Shown here piece by piece: positions 1 to 12,000 of a DNA stretch of 37,677 bases. The notes under the pieces are model-generated. The model saw nothing but the letters and a program-made list of their open reading frames with translations. It ran no database searches and was not told the DNA's origin. The stretch's first letter is position 1. Every line of letters begins with the position of its first letter. Made by a program: the position numbers and the translations under genes. Source of the DNA: Lenisia limosa. Its lineage: Eukaryota > Protista > Breviatea. The stretch lies in the NCBI GenBank assembly GCA_001655205.1, contig LPNZ01011378.1, positions 1 to 37,677 on the forward strand. The letters are read 5' to 3'.

Positions 1-162
1 TGTTGTTATCAACCCTCCGTGTCTTATCGGCCAACAGAGTTGATTTTGGGCTTTTTGTTTCATAAATTATCCAATTTTGCTCCTTTCTTTTTCCTTATTT
101 GCCTTTTTATAAGTTGAATTTTTTTTTTGTTTCAGATACCCCAATCCTCACCCCCTCCCCAG

Positions 163-2964
163 CAACTGCAGCGGTACCGGCAATTGGTGAAGAAGGCCGA
201 GCAGCACCGCAATGAGGTGATTGAGGCGACTGAGAAGCTGCATCAGATCGACCAGGGGTANNNNNNNNNNNNNNNNNNNNNNNNNNNNNNNNNNNNNNNN
301 NNNNNNNNNNNNNNNNNNNNNNNNNNNNNNNNNNNNNNNNNNNNNNNNNNNNNNNNNNNNNNNNNNNNNNNNNNNNNNNNNNNNNNNNNNNNNNNNNNNN
401 NNNNNNNNNNNNNNNNNNNNNNNNNNNNNNNNNNNNNNNNNNNNNNNNNNNNNNNNNNNNNNNNNNNNNNNNNNNNNNNNNNNNNNNNNNNNNNNNNNNN
501 NNNNNNNNNNNNNNNNNNNNNNNNNNNNNNNNNNNNNNGCAAAGACATCGCTCACTGCTCGTGTTTGTTATTGCCTGGTTTTTATATTTTTGTTTGTTTG
601 GAGTTTCAGATTATACTGTTCGTGATCAGTACCTTTACGCTAGTATTCTTCATCGACATTTCCTTCGGTTTACCCCCCCCCTCACTCCTGTCCAGTAACT
701 GGCGCGAGCAGCTGGAGGAACTCACCCAAAAACTCCATCGCAAATCCAATGAGGTGCGTGCGGGGGGGGGGGGNNNNNNNNNNNNNNNNNNNNNNNNNNN
801 NNNNNNNNNNNNNNNNNNNNNNNNNNNNNNNNNNNNNNNNNNNNNNNNNNNNNNNNNNNNNNNNNNNNNNNNNNNNNGATATTTATCGAGAATTTATCGG
901 GGAAACGTCTTTTTTGGACCGAAGTGAAGCCCTAGGTATAGGTAAGGCGAAAGAAGACATTCAGATGTGGGGTGAGCAAGGGGACAATGAAGAAGGAGGC
1001 AGAGTTGATTTTGGGTTTTTCTAACACATTTGTCTTTTTTGCCCCCCTCCCTTACGGCTTCAGCTTGCGCGAGTGGGAGGCGGGTTACAAGCCTTGGTGG
1101 AAGAGAAGAAGTCTCTGCAGGACAAAAGAAAAGGTGGGAGCAGAAGGGGAAAGGGCGGAATGATAGAATTTACATGAGACGCCTCAGCTGACGATTCTAG
1201 TGGTTTATTCTTTTTGAATTGATCATTTACCCATTTAGAGATGAAATGGGATAATATGGAGCTTGATTACAAATTCACGTGCTCAGATTATGAGGTTGGG
1301 ATTGGTTAATTTGATATCACCTTCCTCGAAATAGTTGAAATTGTTTCACCTTTCATTACAATAATTTATATTATATTCTAACTTCGTAGTTGAAATTCTT
1401 TCTTAGGTTGTTTACATTAGATAGCCTTCCTTTTGGTAGTTAGTATTACATATAACCTTCCTTTTTAGGTTGTTTAAATTCTTTAACCTTCCGCTTTAGG
1501 TGGTTGAATTGGCCATTAAGGATGTGATAATCTATCGAAAAGCTTTAGATGAGTGAGGGGTTGGGATATTGGTAGATGATTATTACTTCCCCGCTCAATC
1601 CCTCCCCAAACATACACCGTGTTTTTCATTATACCCTATCCCGTCCCATTATTCCTGTTCATTTACCCTTGATAGAGCTCTACAAGAGTTCCACCATCAC
1701 AAAATCGAGGAGGTCAACCGAATTATTCATGCACTCTGGATCGCCACTTACAAGGGAACTGGTAGGAGAAATGGAGTGACGGTTCGTTTAGGTGGTATAG
1801 TTATTCTAACGTAGTTGTGAAGACGGTTTTATCATATCCCATTATCTCCTTACCTTTTTAGGTAATGTGACCCTACCATATCATATAGCTACAATATACA
1901 TATCATAGAGCTATGTATACATATCATAGAGCTAGATTTTCAGTATCAAATTAATGGAGTCGATATTGACCCCCTTGTTGTAGATAGAAACTAACCTCTT
2001 TAGATATTGACAGTATCAAACTGATGTTTGAGGAGTCAAATGACAATAAGAAGAAATCTTACGACTACAGAGTAGGGCGTCCACAGTTTACCGAATGACG
2101 TTTTTTTGGAGGTTTTTTGGTTTCATAAACCATTTTCACTGTTTCTCCAACCTAATCAACCCCTCAGTTGGTCTCCATCCGCAACGGCCAGGCGATGGAC
2201 ATGAGGGGAAGGTGCAGTGCTGGACAGAAGGTTTTGGCAAGTCTCATGGTGCGGCTTGCTTTGGCTGAGGCGTTTTGTGTCGACTGCGGCATCCTTACGC
2301 TTGATGGTGGGTTTGGGGGGAGTAATTCTTATTGTGACCGGATAAGTCTTGACCGATTTGCCATATGATTTCCCAGGAAAATTGTTCAAGACTTATTCCG
2401 GTCACTTTATCATCAATTATGCATTTATTTGCTCAGAAAAAAATCAACTTACCTATATAGAACCTACCACCAATTTGGACCAGGCAAACATCATGTCCCT
2501 TGCTTCAGGATTGCAGAAGTGCGGGGGGGGGGGTTGANNNNNNNNNNNNNNNNNNNNNNNNNNNNNNNNNNNNNNNNNNNNNNNNNNNNNNNNNNNNNNN
2601 NNNNNNNNNNNNNNNCTCTTGAGTTTCTGTCTCTAATCCACTACTGTTTTTACCCGACAGTCTTATTGAAACTCTGTTACACTCGTGATGTCACCTTTTA
2701 TCATTTCGACTCAAAATCCGTTCATGGTACTCCTGAATATGAAATACCATTTTGGGGTTCTTTCTGCTCATTCATTGTTTAGCATCCTTGTTCTGTCCGA
2801 TTACAATGCAACGTCTCATCATATTCCCCCAGAATTATTAAGGAATCACTGGAGCGTCGGGGCGTCTTCCAACTCATCATTATCACGCATGACGAGGAGT
2901 TCGTGCGAGCATTGAAGAACGATGGTATCACTGACAAGTTCTACCGAATCAAAAGGAACGAATA
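163..2964 (+). CDS. RAD50: DNA repair protein RAD50, 3' portion (spliced; 5' end outside window, final exon probably in or after the 2967-3098 gap)
   Basis: GT-AG exons 163-257, 686-753, 1064-1133, 1239-1294, 1500-1552, 1676-1761, 2004-2071, 2168-2306, 2461-2518 and 2833-2964; phases agree from 686 onward. They translate to coiled coil then [42 protein letters not shown]...SYDYRLV...[44 protein letters not shown]...[12 protein letters not shown]. These are the Rad50 signature (CSAGQ), Walker B, D-loop and H-switch motifs. Confidence 0.97.
1876..1933. repeat. ~21-bp degenerate tandem repeat (ATACATATCATAGAGCTA core) in a RAD50 intron
   Basis: About 3 visible copies. Confidence 0.8.
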
Positions 2965-3907
2965 GTNNNNNNNNNNNNNNNNNNNNNNNNNNNNNNNNNN
3001 NNNNNNNNNNNNNNNNNNNNNNNNNNNNNNNNNNNNNNNNNNNNNNNNNNNNNNNNNNNNNNNNNNNNNNNNNNNNNNNNNNNNNNNNNNNNNNNNNNAA
3101 ATGAGACAAATATCGGAGCTGTAATTTATGTGTTTTTTTCAAAATGTACAATGTTGTAATTTATTCACACGAATTCGTGGGGAGAGTGCTGTGATGATGA
3201 TCAACATGGTAACTCCAACCGGGGAGTCTGACCGACTGTCAAAGGGTTAAAGGTATCTACGTATCTGACACTGGTCAAGACTCACCGATCACTGTATTAT
3301 TAGTATCGCAGGATTGGATTGTTCTTTCTGGTCACTGTATCAGTATTTTATATTAATATTTCTTGCATCAAATCAAAATCAGTTGAAACATAATGGCAAT
3401 AACATAAAATACAGAGGCAGTGCTAATAAGGAGGAAACATGGGGAGGAGGGGGGGGGGGGACANNNNNNNNNNNNNNNNNNNNNNNNNNNNNNNNNNNNN
3501 NNNNNNNNNNNNNNNNNNNNNNNNNNNNNNNNNNNNNNNNNNNNNNNNNNNNNNNNNNNNNNNNNNNNNNNNNNNNNNNNNGGCCTTGGCAACAGGCGCG
3601 GTGGTGTGACAATGTGGCGTGATGGGAGAGGTAAGCTTGCATGTTGTTGATATCGGCCTGAATCTGGGGATGGGGGGATCAGATTAAGATCAAAAATTGA
3701 AAACTATAGCACATTTAAACCAATGGAGGAAGGGGTAGGGTTGACAGAATGCCATCATACTCATCTTCAAGTTCAGGCACTTGGACTCGCAGTGGTGTCA
3801 CCGCCTCGGGTGTTTTCCCAGTATTGGACCTAGGAACATCAACACAGTTTTCTTCAAGTCTTGCTAACATATTCACCTACCCAAATAATTATATGTACAA
3901 AACATGC

Positions 3908-6074
3908 TTACTTGTTTGCAGGAGCCTGGATTTTGAGGCTGAGTTGGTACAGCCGCTCTGAGGCCTTGTTCATGGACTGGAGCGGTGAAAAGCCCTTTCA
4001 ATAAAGATATCACATTAATACGATGTCACTTAATTGGTTGACCACAACATCCCTCCCTCCCACCTCTTTTTCGAAATCGTGCCGTCGGAGGAATCGGCCT
4101 AATGGAATTGTGACCGACACCGAATAGTGGACTTTCTACATTTGGTGAGCTTACAAAAATTGCTGAATGCAATTGGAAAGCTGGTCTTTTACATTCTAAA
4201 TTTAGAGTTTGAAATGGAAATTAGCACTGATATGGATATAATAAACAAATGAGTTTCCTCTTGAAGACCTGATGGAGCTTTATATCCTCAATGATTTTGT
4301 AGTACAGTCTCCGCTTGTTGATGTTGATTAATCCTTGGAGACGGTTGGGGTTGCCTGGGTTGGATTAAGCATGAAATTTTAGACAGATTAAAATCAGACC
4401 AGTAAATTTGTTGAGTGGTCATTGTTATTTACCCTGAGACCTTCAGTGATTGAGGTGAGGTCGGAAAGGTACAGTCCAACGTAGGGCACTGCAGGGTGGT
4501 GTCGGCTGCGTTGTAAGAAAGAGGGATTTGGTAATATTTATTGATGTGGGAATGTTTGATTGCCAGTGAAAACTATCTTGGCCTGAAGGGAATTCATATT
4601 CTAAAGTCCAAATATCATGAAATTGTGCTGGTTTTTTACTTCAAATGTTGTTGAAAATGGGCCCACTTTTTGGCAAGCTCTTGTCGGTAGTTTTTAAATG
4701 AAGACATGGGGTGCATCAAGACTTCAATTTCAGAAAGAATCTAAATCGTAAGCAGATAAAGACCACATTGGAAATACACATGTTAATGTTTTGAATTTTC
4801 ATCTAGTCTAATTTCAATCCCTTTTCATCTTGAATTACAAACCGCACCTCAAGTGTGTCCTTTTTGAGAGGTGCTGTTTTCAACCTTGTAACGGCTGAGT
4901 TGTTGATAGATGCATAGATCACCATAAGTGACTGGAAGTTCCTACAATATAAAGGCCAATAGTTTGCCTTTAAAATGATAAGGTTGTATTATCTAAAATA
5001 GCATATCGTATAATTACTTATCGAGATGTATATATCAATAAATATACTCTATCATAAACATAAGCTTTTGTTTGATTAAAATAATTAAGTGTCAGTTTGG
5101 GAGTAATGAGAATTGAGGCTTTCTTGGAATAAAATGATAATTAGGTCTGTTTGAACAACTGGACAAGTTCTTAAAATATCAATACTCTAAAGCTAAAGTA
5201 GCATTGTCTTATATTTGAATCGAGATTTGGTGCTGTTAGATCTTACCTGAGATGTATCAACTCGGAGGCCACAGACACAAGACGGCTAATTACAGCACCT
5301 CTTTCTCGCGGACCAGGTTGATTGATCACCATGTCCATAACCTACTAGTTAACATGTTCGTCTGTTGGCAAACACTGTGATATTATTGATTTTCTATAAT
5401 CTGTGTGAATATAAACTTGTGGTTGATTTACCTATATAAATGAAAACATAGCTTCTTTGTTATTGTATAACCAGTTAGTTATAGTTATGACTCAAAGAGA
5501 GGTGTTTCAAACTCTCTACTGAGGCTTTTCGGTCCCAACCATCCCACCCAGAGCGACACTTGGTTGAACTGTTGAACGCTCTCGTAAACGTTTGGAGCTT
5601 GTAAGCGGAAATCTCGTGACCAATCCGGTTGGAGCAGCTCGTGGGACTAATGGGTGAGGAAAGAAGCAGTATTGAGGGATTATACAGTATACTAAATATG
5701 AATAGGCAAGGTAAATTGTTAAGGGCCTAAAACTGCTTGAAGTGTTGAAGAAAATATGGGAAAGAGTGTTATTGTCTTGTAAATGAGATTTGAGGGACGT
5801 TAAATGAAACGAATATATAAAACAATGTATACATACTGTAGTTCTTCAATATATGAGCGTATATGTAGAGAGATCAACTTGTCAAGCATGGTATGATTTG
5901 GTGACAAGTCATGTTTGAATACCTGAGATTGAGGCCAATGTATTAACACATAAAGATTTCCAGCCACCTCAATTCGACAAAAGAAGTCGTGATCCACTCT
6001 TGTGAGGGAGATTGCGATTTCCTTGGCTGACATTGCCTCAAAAGTCCGTTGCATTGACCCCCCGGCCCCTCCAG
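3908..6074 (-). other. CDC25-type RasGEF catalytic domain of the giant gene
   Basis: SAKEIAISLTRVDHDFFCRIE|SHELL...APNV...FNQVSLW|VMDMVI...RERGAVISRLVSVASELIHLR|NFQSLMVIYASINNSAVTRLK...SFKNYR...AVPYVGLYLSDLTSITEG|NP...LINInKRR...ERLYQLSLKIQAPANK*. Confidence 0.96.
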
Positions 6075-9000
6075 CTAAAAAGTCGGATTCCGGTTGGCCT
6101 ATATTGTATTCCATAACTAGCTCTAGTTTCAAAGCAAAATAACCAAATCAAACACTGTTTTTATGGGTACTGCGTTTTGTTGTAAATGAATTCAAAAAGG
6201 TCTCATTCACAAGTGCTTTTATCAATTGCGTTATCAAAATATTTAAAATGACTTGTTGATCAATTATCACAAATCAGCATAAATAAAATGAAAATATAAC
6301 CAATATCAAGGAATAACATCAATTATCTCATATTTTATTCAAAAAATGGTTATCATAGGTGGTGTGGTCTAACCAAAGTTGTCGTCAAAGAAAAACGATT
6401 CATTGCCGGTGCAATATCTATATGGTTAAAAGGCGGCTGTGGCTAAATGATATTTAAGAACCTGAATTACAACTCTGGGAACCCCTAATTACTTTGAATG
6501 ATTGTCCATGATAAGACTCGAGGACTGTTTGACTCCGTTTGTAGTGTTACTCCGCATGGATCTTCTCTGGTCGGTTAGTAATTTGTTTATGTTATCATAC
6601 ATCAAAGTGTGTCATTGAAATGTGTCGATATCAAATGTTTCATTTATAATTTTCTTGTTCTGGTTTGTTTTTATATTTCATTGATAAATTCCTAGTTTTG
6701 AAAGGAAGAAAAAAAAAGATACGTGTCATTAAATGAAAATATTGACATTTCTATTCATCCCACTTTGTCCTTAATATTTCCGTCTTGGTCTACAGGAAGA
6801 TAGTCCAACCGAATGTCCTAAGAATGGGGTTAGTTTTCGGATAATAGTAGATGACAGACGATAAGATTGTTACTGTGTATTAATTTTATAGTTTCGCTGG
6901 AAGCGGAGACAGATGTATAGATTTATTAAAATGTTACTTTAAGAGAAGATAAGGTAATACATCCTAGAATGCTATGAGAAAGTGGATTCAGTCTTCTTCG
7001 ATATTGCCATTTTGTCATGTTCTTACTCGATATTGCCATTTTGTCATGTTTATCTCCCTCCGATCAGCCTACTTTATCGAAGTCCAAGTCCCAAACGTAA
7101 TCATCCTGACCCGGTATGGAGGTGCCATGGTTGGGCCGTGACAGAAAGAGGGTATACATCATGGATTCAGCCCTTCAAAACAGTAAGAAGCAGAAACTGA
7201 ACATGATATGTGCTAAAGTGTATAATCCAAGAAAATGTTGAGTGAGTGGAATCTGAAATTCTCACATTTCAGAACAACCCAAACCCCTTATCCTCATATC
7301 TTCCCCTCCTTCTTCCAGGATAAGGGTATCCAAGAGGTGGAAAGGATATGGTTTTATCAAACATATTATTAAAGATAATAGTGCCTTATCTGCAAACTAA
7401 CCCAGTTAAAATTATTTAATTATTAAATCTTGGTATCACAATTACGCATAAACAAATAGCAGAAATAAACTAACACATAACAGTGATGTAATTTGATAAA
7501 TGTAATTAATATTTCTACCAGCTTTTCTGTGTATTTCTATTTTATTGCAAGCATATCAGTATCATGAAATATATAATATAACTCACAACCTTGTGCCTAC
7601 ATTGTAAGATCGATCTTGTTTTGAAGCTGTTTAATCAGCTCAGAGACTTTAGTATCCGTTGAAATCTGAGAAATATATCAGAGCAGTATTAAGAAGGATA
7701 GAGAGTAAGATAAATATAATTAAATTCGAGCGAGTTTGTAAAATTTCTAATTGTAATTGAAATATTTAAACAATATTTTTTTTTTGATATCTTGATTTGA
7801 ATTGGAGTTTGTTTTCACTTTATTAATAGCTGAAATAGTGTTCCATTTTAGTTACTTGACATTCCAACAGGCCAACTTTAATCGTGCGATAGCCGTGGAT
7901 TTCGGTGAGGAAAACTCGAACCTGTTATGTTATTTTCAAAGCATAAGAGCTAAAAGAAAGTCGCATAGTATCTTCTGATTATTTGTGAGCTTCTATACAA
8001 CAGAATAACAATTATTAAAATTCAAATTAAGGGTATTGTTAATGTAATGTTAACATTAATAAGTATATACAATATTATATAGAATTTATAAAAAGGCTTT
8101 AGTCATTGGACAAACCAATTTAGTGGGCAGGTCACAAATCACTGGCTGGCTACTTTGCTGATGCAGGACTTTACTCGCTGTCATACGGAGGGACTGGACA
8201 AAAGTTTTCGGAATCACACAATCTGGGGGGAGGTATTATTACAATTTGCGGTCTCACTGTTGGGAGGTATTTGAGAAAAGTTGTTATTCAAGGAGTAATT
8301 TCACTAATATATGTGTCTACGACCAAGAATAGGACAGTCACTTGTACACTAACAGAAGATCGAATAATATTGAATCTTGATATGGAGTGACAACCAGCCT
8401 TGCAAACCCTCGTCATCAAGCTCCCTTTCAATTGTGTCAATGAAGGAATGCACCTTATCCAAAGTTCTGAAATATTACAATAAATATAGTAATAAACGGG
8501 TTAAACCTTATAATATATGATGACAACACTAAGATATATTAAATATCTCACATTTAGTAAAAAGATTCCTAAATAAAAGATAATGTGTGAGTATCAATTA
8601 CTTAAAATCCTTTTAAAATCAAAGTGATCTAATAAGTGATCTAAGTGATCCCTCATAGTAAAATCCTTACACCGCCCACCCATATGAGAAGTCAGCGTAG
8701 TTAAAGTTGGCCATCCACCACTCGAGAACACAGAGAATTCGGGCCTTCAGATTGTTGAAATCCTCGTCACTATCTTTGGGTGGTGGCGTGGAGTATCTGG
8801 ATATGGAGTGAAAGTGGAGGAGAAAGAAATTCATTGTGAAAAAGGAAGTAAAATCAAGAGTAATTAGAGGTGAAAATGCAAAATCATACTATACTAGCTG
8901 TTTATATCATAGATAAGAATGAAAAATGACACAAGAGTTCTTAGACCACATTATTACAGTGAATTTCCAAGAAAGAGATCATGAGCTGTCAGAACACGGA

Positions 9001-12000
9001 AAAATTCTTCTTATTTCCCAAGAGTTATATGAAATCAATGGCACCTTTCACAAAACTCCAGCATTTTGGATAAGAAGATTGCACTTCTTTATTATTTATT
9101 AGTAACTTAATTAAACGAAATCCCACAAACAGTTCAATGAGCTTTGTAAGGAATATCTTTGACGTGGTGTAAGTCGGCAGGGTTGAAATTAGCACCTTAC
9201 AGATGTCTAAACCATTATATGCAAAATAAAAGCCTCTTAGTAATATGGTTTGCATTGATAACTTTCCCAACTTTATCCCCAGTTCAAAATATTGAGGAGT
9301 TTACCACTAAATTTTATGCCAGCACATCAGGGCTAACTTTTACAAGATTCGCAAGCATACCAATGCTAACTTTTTATCCCCTCTCATACAATATTACATA
9401 TGATTTTGCATAATGCTCAAATATCACCCCTGCAAACTATTCAAGGGCTCACGGACGGTCAAATGAATGATTTCGTTCAAACTGGCGGCTGAGACGCTGA
9501 TGTGTGGAAGGCCCCCATAGTTCCTGAAAAGGTTGGAAATAATGGCACATTACCATAGTTATTCTGTCATGGATTTTTTGAAAATACACTTACACCCCGT
9601 TATCTCAATTTAGGTTAGACTCCCATAGGAACAACAGCGACATACTTTTCGGTTTTTCTCTCAACGTTGAATACTTCATGACTTATTTTGCGAGAGGCAG
9701 GGTCCCAAATTGGAGAGTCGCCTGTTATTGTTAAGTAAATGGTCCACGAGGTTTAATGTGTGAGTGTTTCGTTATTAACAACTTTGATATTCTATTTTTT
9801 CAGTCTATCCTTACATTGGGTACTATTGGAATTAATCTTGAATGTGTAAGTCACCTATGAATTTTTTTCATAAACAAGAGCAAATGCCAATTTTCATTGA
9901 ACAAATTGTAGCGTACCAGTGTTACAGGCGTCTTCTTCACTCTCACACTCCATGACGTTTGATGATGGAATTGACATTTCCACTGACATCAATAAAAACT
10001 GAAATCAACGCTGTTTAAGGGCAATATTCTATGATATAATGGTATATTGATATGTATTATATTGGTTCATCAAAGAAATATTGTCACCAAAATCTATCCA
10101 TAAACTATGATCTCAACAATAGTAATCAATTTGATGAATTTTGCATATCATGCACACCATGCATGCATAAGCCAACATCTATCCAAGTTTTGGAAAAGTC
10201 AGATTCCTAATAAAATTATTTTCCTTGCTTCCAATTTTTACACTATATCCCTTTCTATCTCATACTGAACGCATGAGTCGGTGACAACACAGTCGTTTGG
10301 TTGTCAAGTGGCTTGGAAAGACTGAACTTAAGGAGACTGTCAATCTACAGGATGAATAGAATGCGAAGGTTTTTAAGATCGTATATCCCCACCCAACCAC
10401 CAGTTCACATTATGCCACATACAAATGCTAATGACTAAGCAGCACCCCTTCGAACAACTGGCCATATCCCTTCTGCCATTATAATCTCTCCCAAAACATT
10501 CTCCACACCAAGTTACTGAAGTCGCCGAGCTGCTCGTCTAGTCTATCCTGGTTTCTGACGTCGGCTGGTGTGTTTATGACTGCGTTGGTGCTGTTACAGA
10601 TGGCTGCAATACCTATAGGGTGAGAAATGATGGATAAATCAGTACATGGATGAATGACAGAACTGCGTGTAATAAATTGTGTTGAGATTATTCAAAAATT
10701 TGAAATTTCATTGTCTGTTATAGAATTCGAAAGTCATTTTGTTTTCTTTTAGTAAAGTGTTCAAATAACAAAAACAATATTTCATCCTTTATTTCCGCAC
10801 TCAATGATTGTGATTCCACTCTATCCACCGACTGGAGAATACACGGTCATTGAATAATTCCAATAAAGCTCCGATACGTGTAAGTTCCAGACTGACTGCA
10901 GTTGAGGTTTGCTGAGAATGGTGGTGGGTAAAGATGGACAAGTGTATGTGATGGAATAGGGGGGGGGGGGGNNNNNNNNNNNNNNNNNNNNNNNNNNNNN
11001 NNNNNNNNNNNNNNNNNNNNNNNNNNNNNNNNNNNNNNNNNNNNNNNNNNNNNNNNNNNNNNNNCAATCCAAAATAATTACATGGATTTGCACTAAATGG
11101 CGAATTTAACACGAAAGCACGAATTATGCTTATTGCTTGATAATTGACTCATTATTCAAGGGTTTTTGTTGATAAATCATAATACTAGATCAGGTTTATG
11201 ATTGATAAATCTATGATATTGTTTCAACTTGAATGTTGCGTACCTTCTTGAGCTTATTAAAGCAACTGATAAACAGTTTGAAGCGATGTTGAGTCTCATT
11301 TGGTTCTAAAGGTGACTTCGCAAGGTCTACTTGAGACCCCACTGAACACTCAGCTTTGCTTGAATTACAGCTTAGTATCTGCAAGGTAATTAGATGTGTA
11401 TATACACAGTAATATCATAAGGGCGACAGTTCAGTATTCATGGGCAAGTTGTTGTAAAGTTAATGATATCGCTTTGCATTGTGTGGCCATAGTCGATAAA
11501 ACAAATATTTCGTATTTAAGCAAACACATGATCAAAGTGCACAAGAATGTCAAAACACATCTATTCATATTAAAATTCTAGGGAAATGTATTTCATGTAA
11601 GAACAATGAGAACAAATGCAAAGTTAAGTTGATAGTGAAATGATGTAATATTTTGAAAGCTTAAAGGGAAGTTGAATGACTAGGGATTGACTAAATGTGG
11701 AATCATGGATTGAATAAGTGGAGATAATAGACAATGTACATTGCCTTATTACCAGAGGTTGTACTTACATTTGGTGAATCGGGGTGTTCTTCTGTCATAC
11801 TCATTTCGCTCTAACTGGTCAAGATTTGCCGAAGTTTTCAATGATGGTATTTTGTGTTTAACTAGGTCAGAATTGACAATCAAGGTCCAACATTGGTTCT
11901 TCGGAGACCATGTTAACTACTTCTCTTTCTCACCTTTGAAGTGTCAATTTGGTCCAGAGCCGTCTATAATGTCAAATTCTGTGTTGTGATGGTTACCATA

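Noticed and set aside
7860-8235. Apparent plus-strand exons (ANFNRAIAVDF / GHKSLAGYFADAG...)
   Set aside because: They are the antisense of minus-strand exons (DCVIPKTF..., VRVFLTEIHGYRTIK) that fit the REM-RA chain with correct phases.
9030-9075. AIFLSKMLEFCER as a duplicated or mutually exclusive REM exon
   Set aside because: No convincing acceptor; the exon at ~9131-9206 already supplies this helix in phase. Probably chance similarity.
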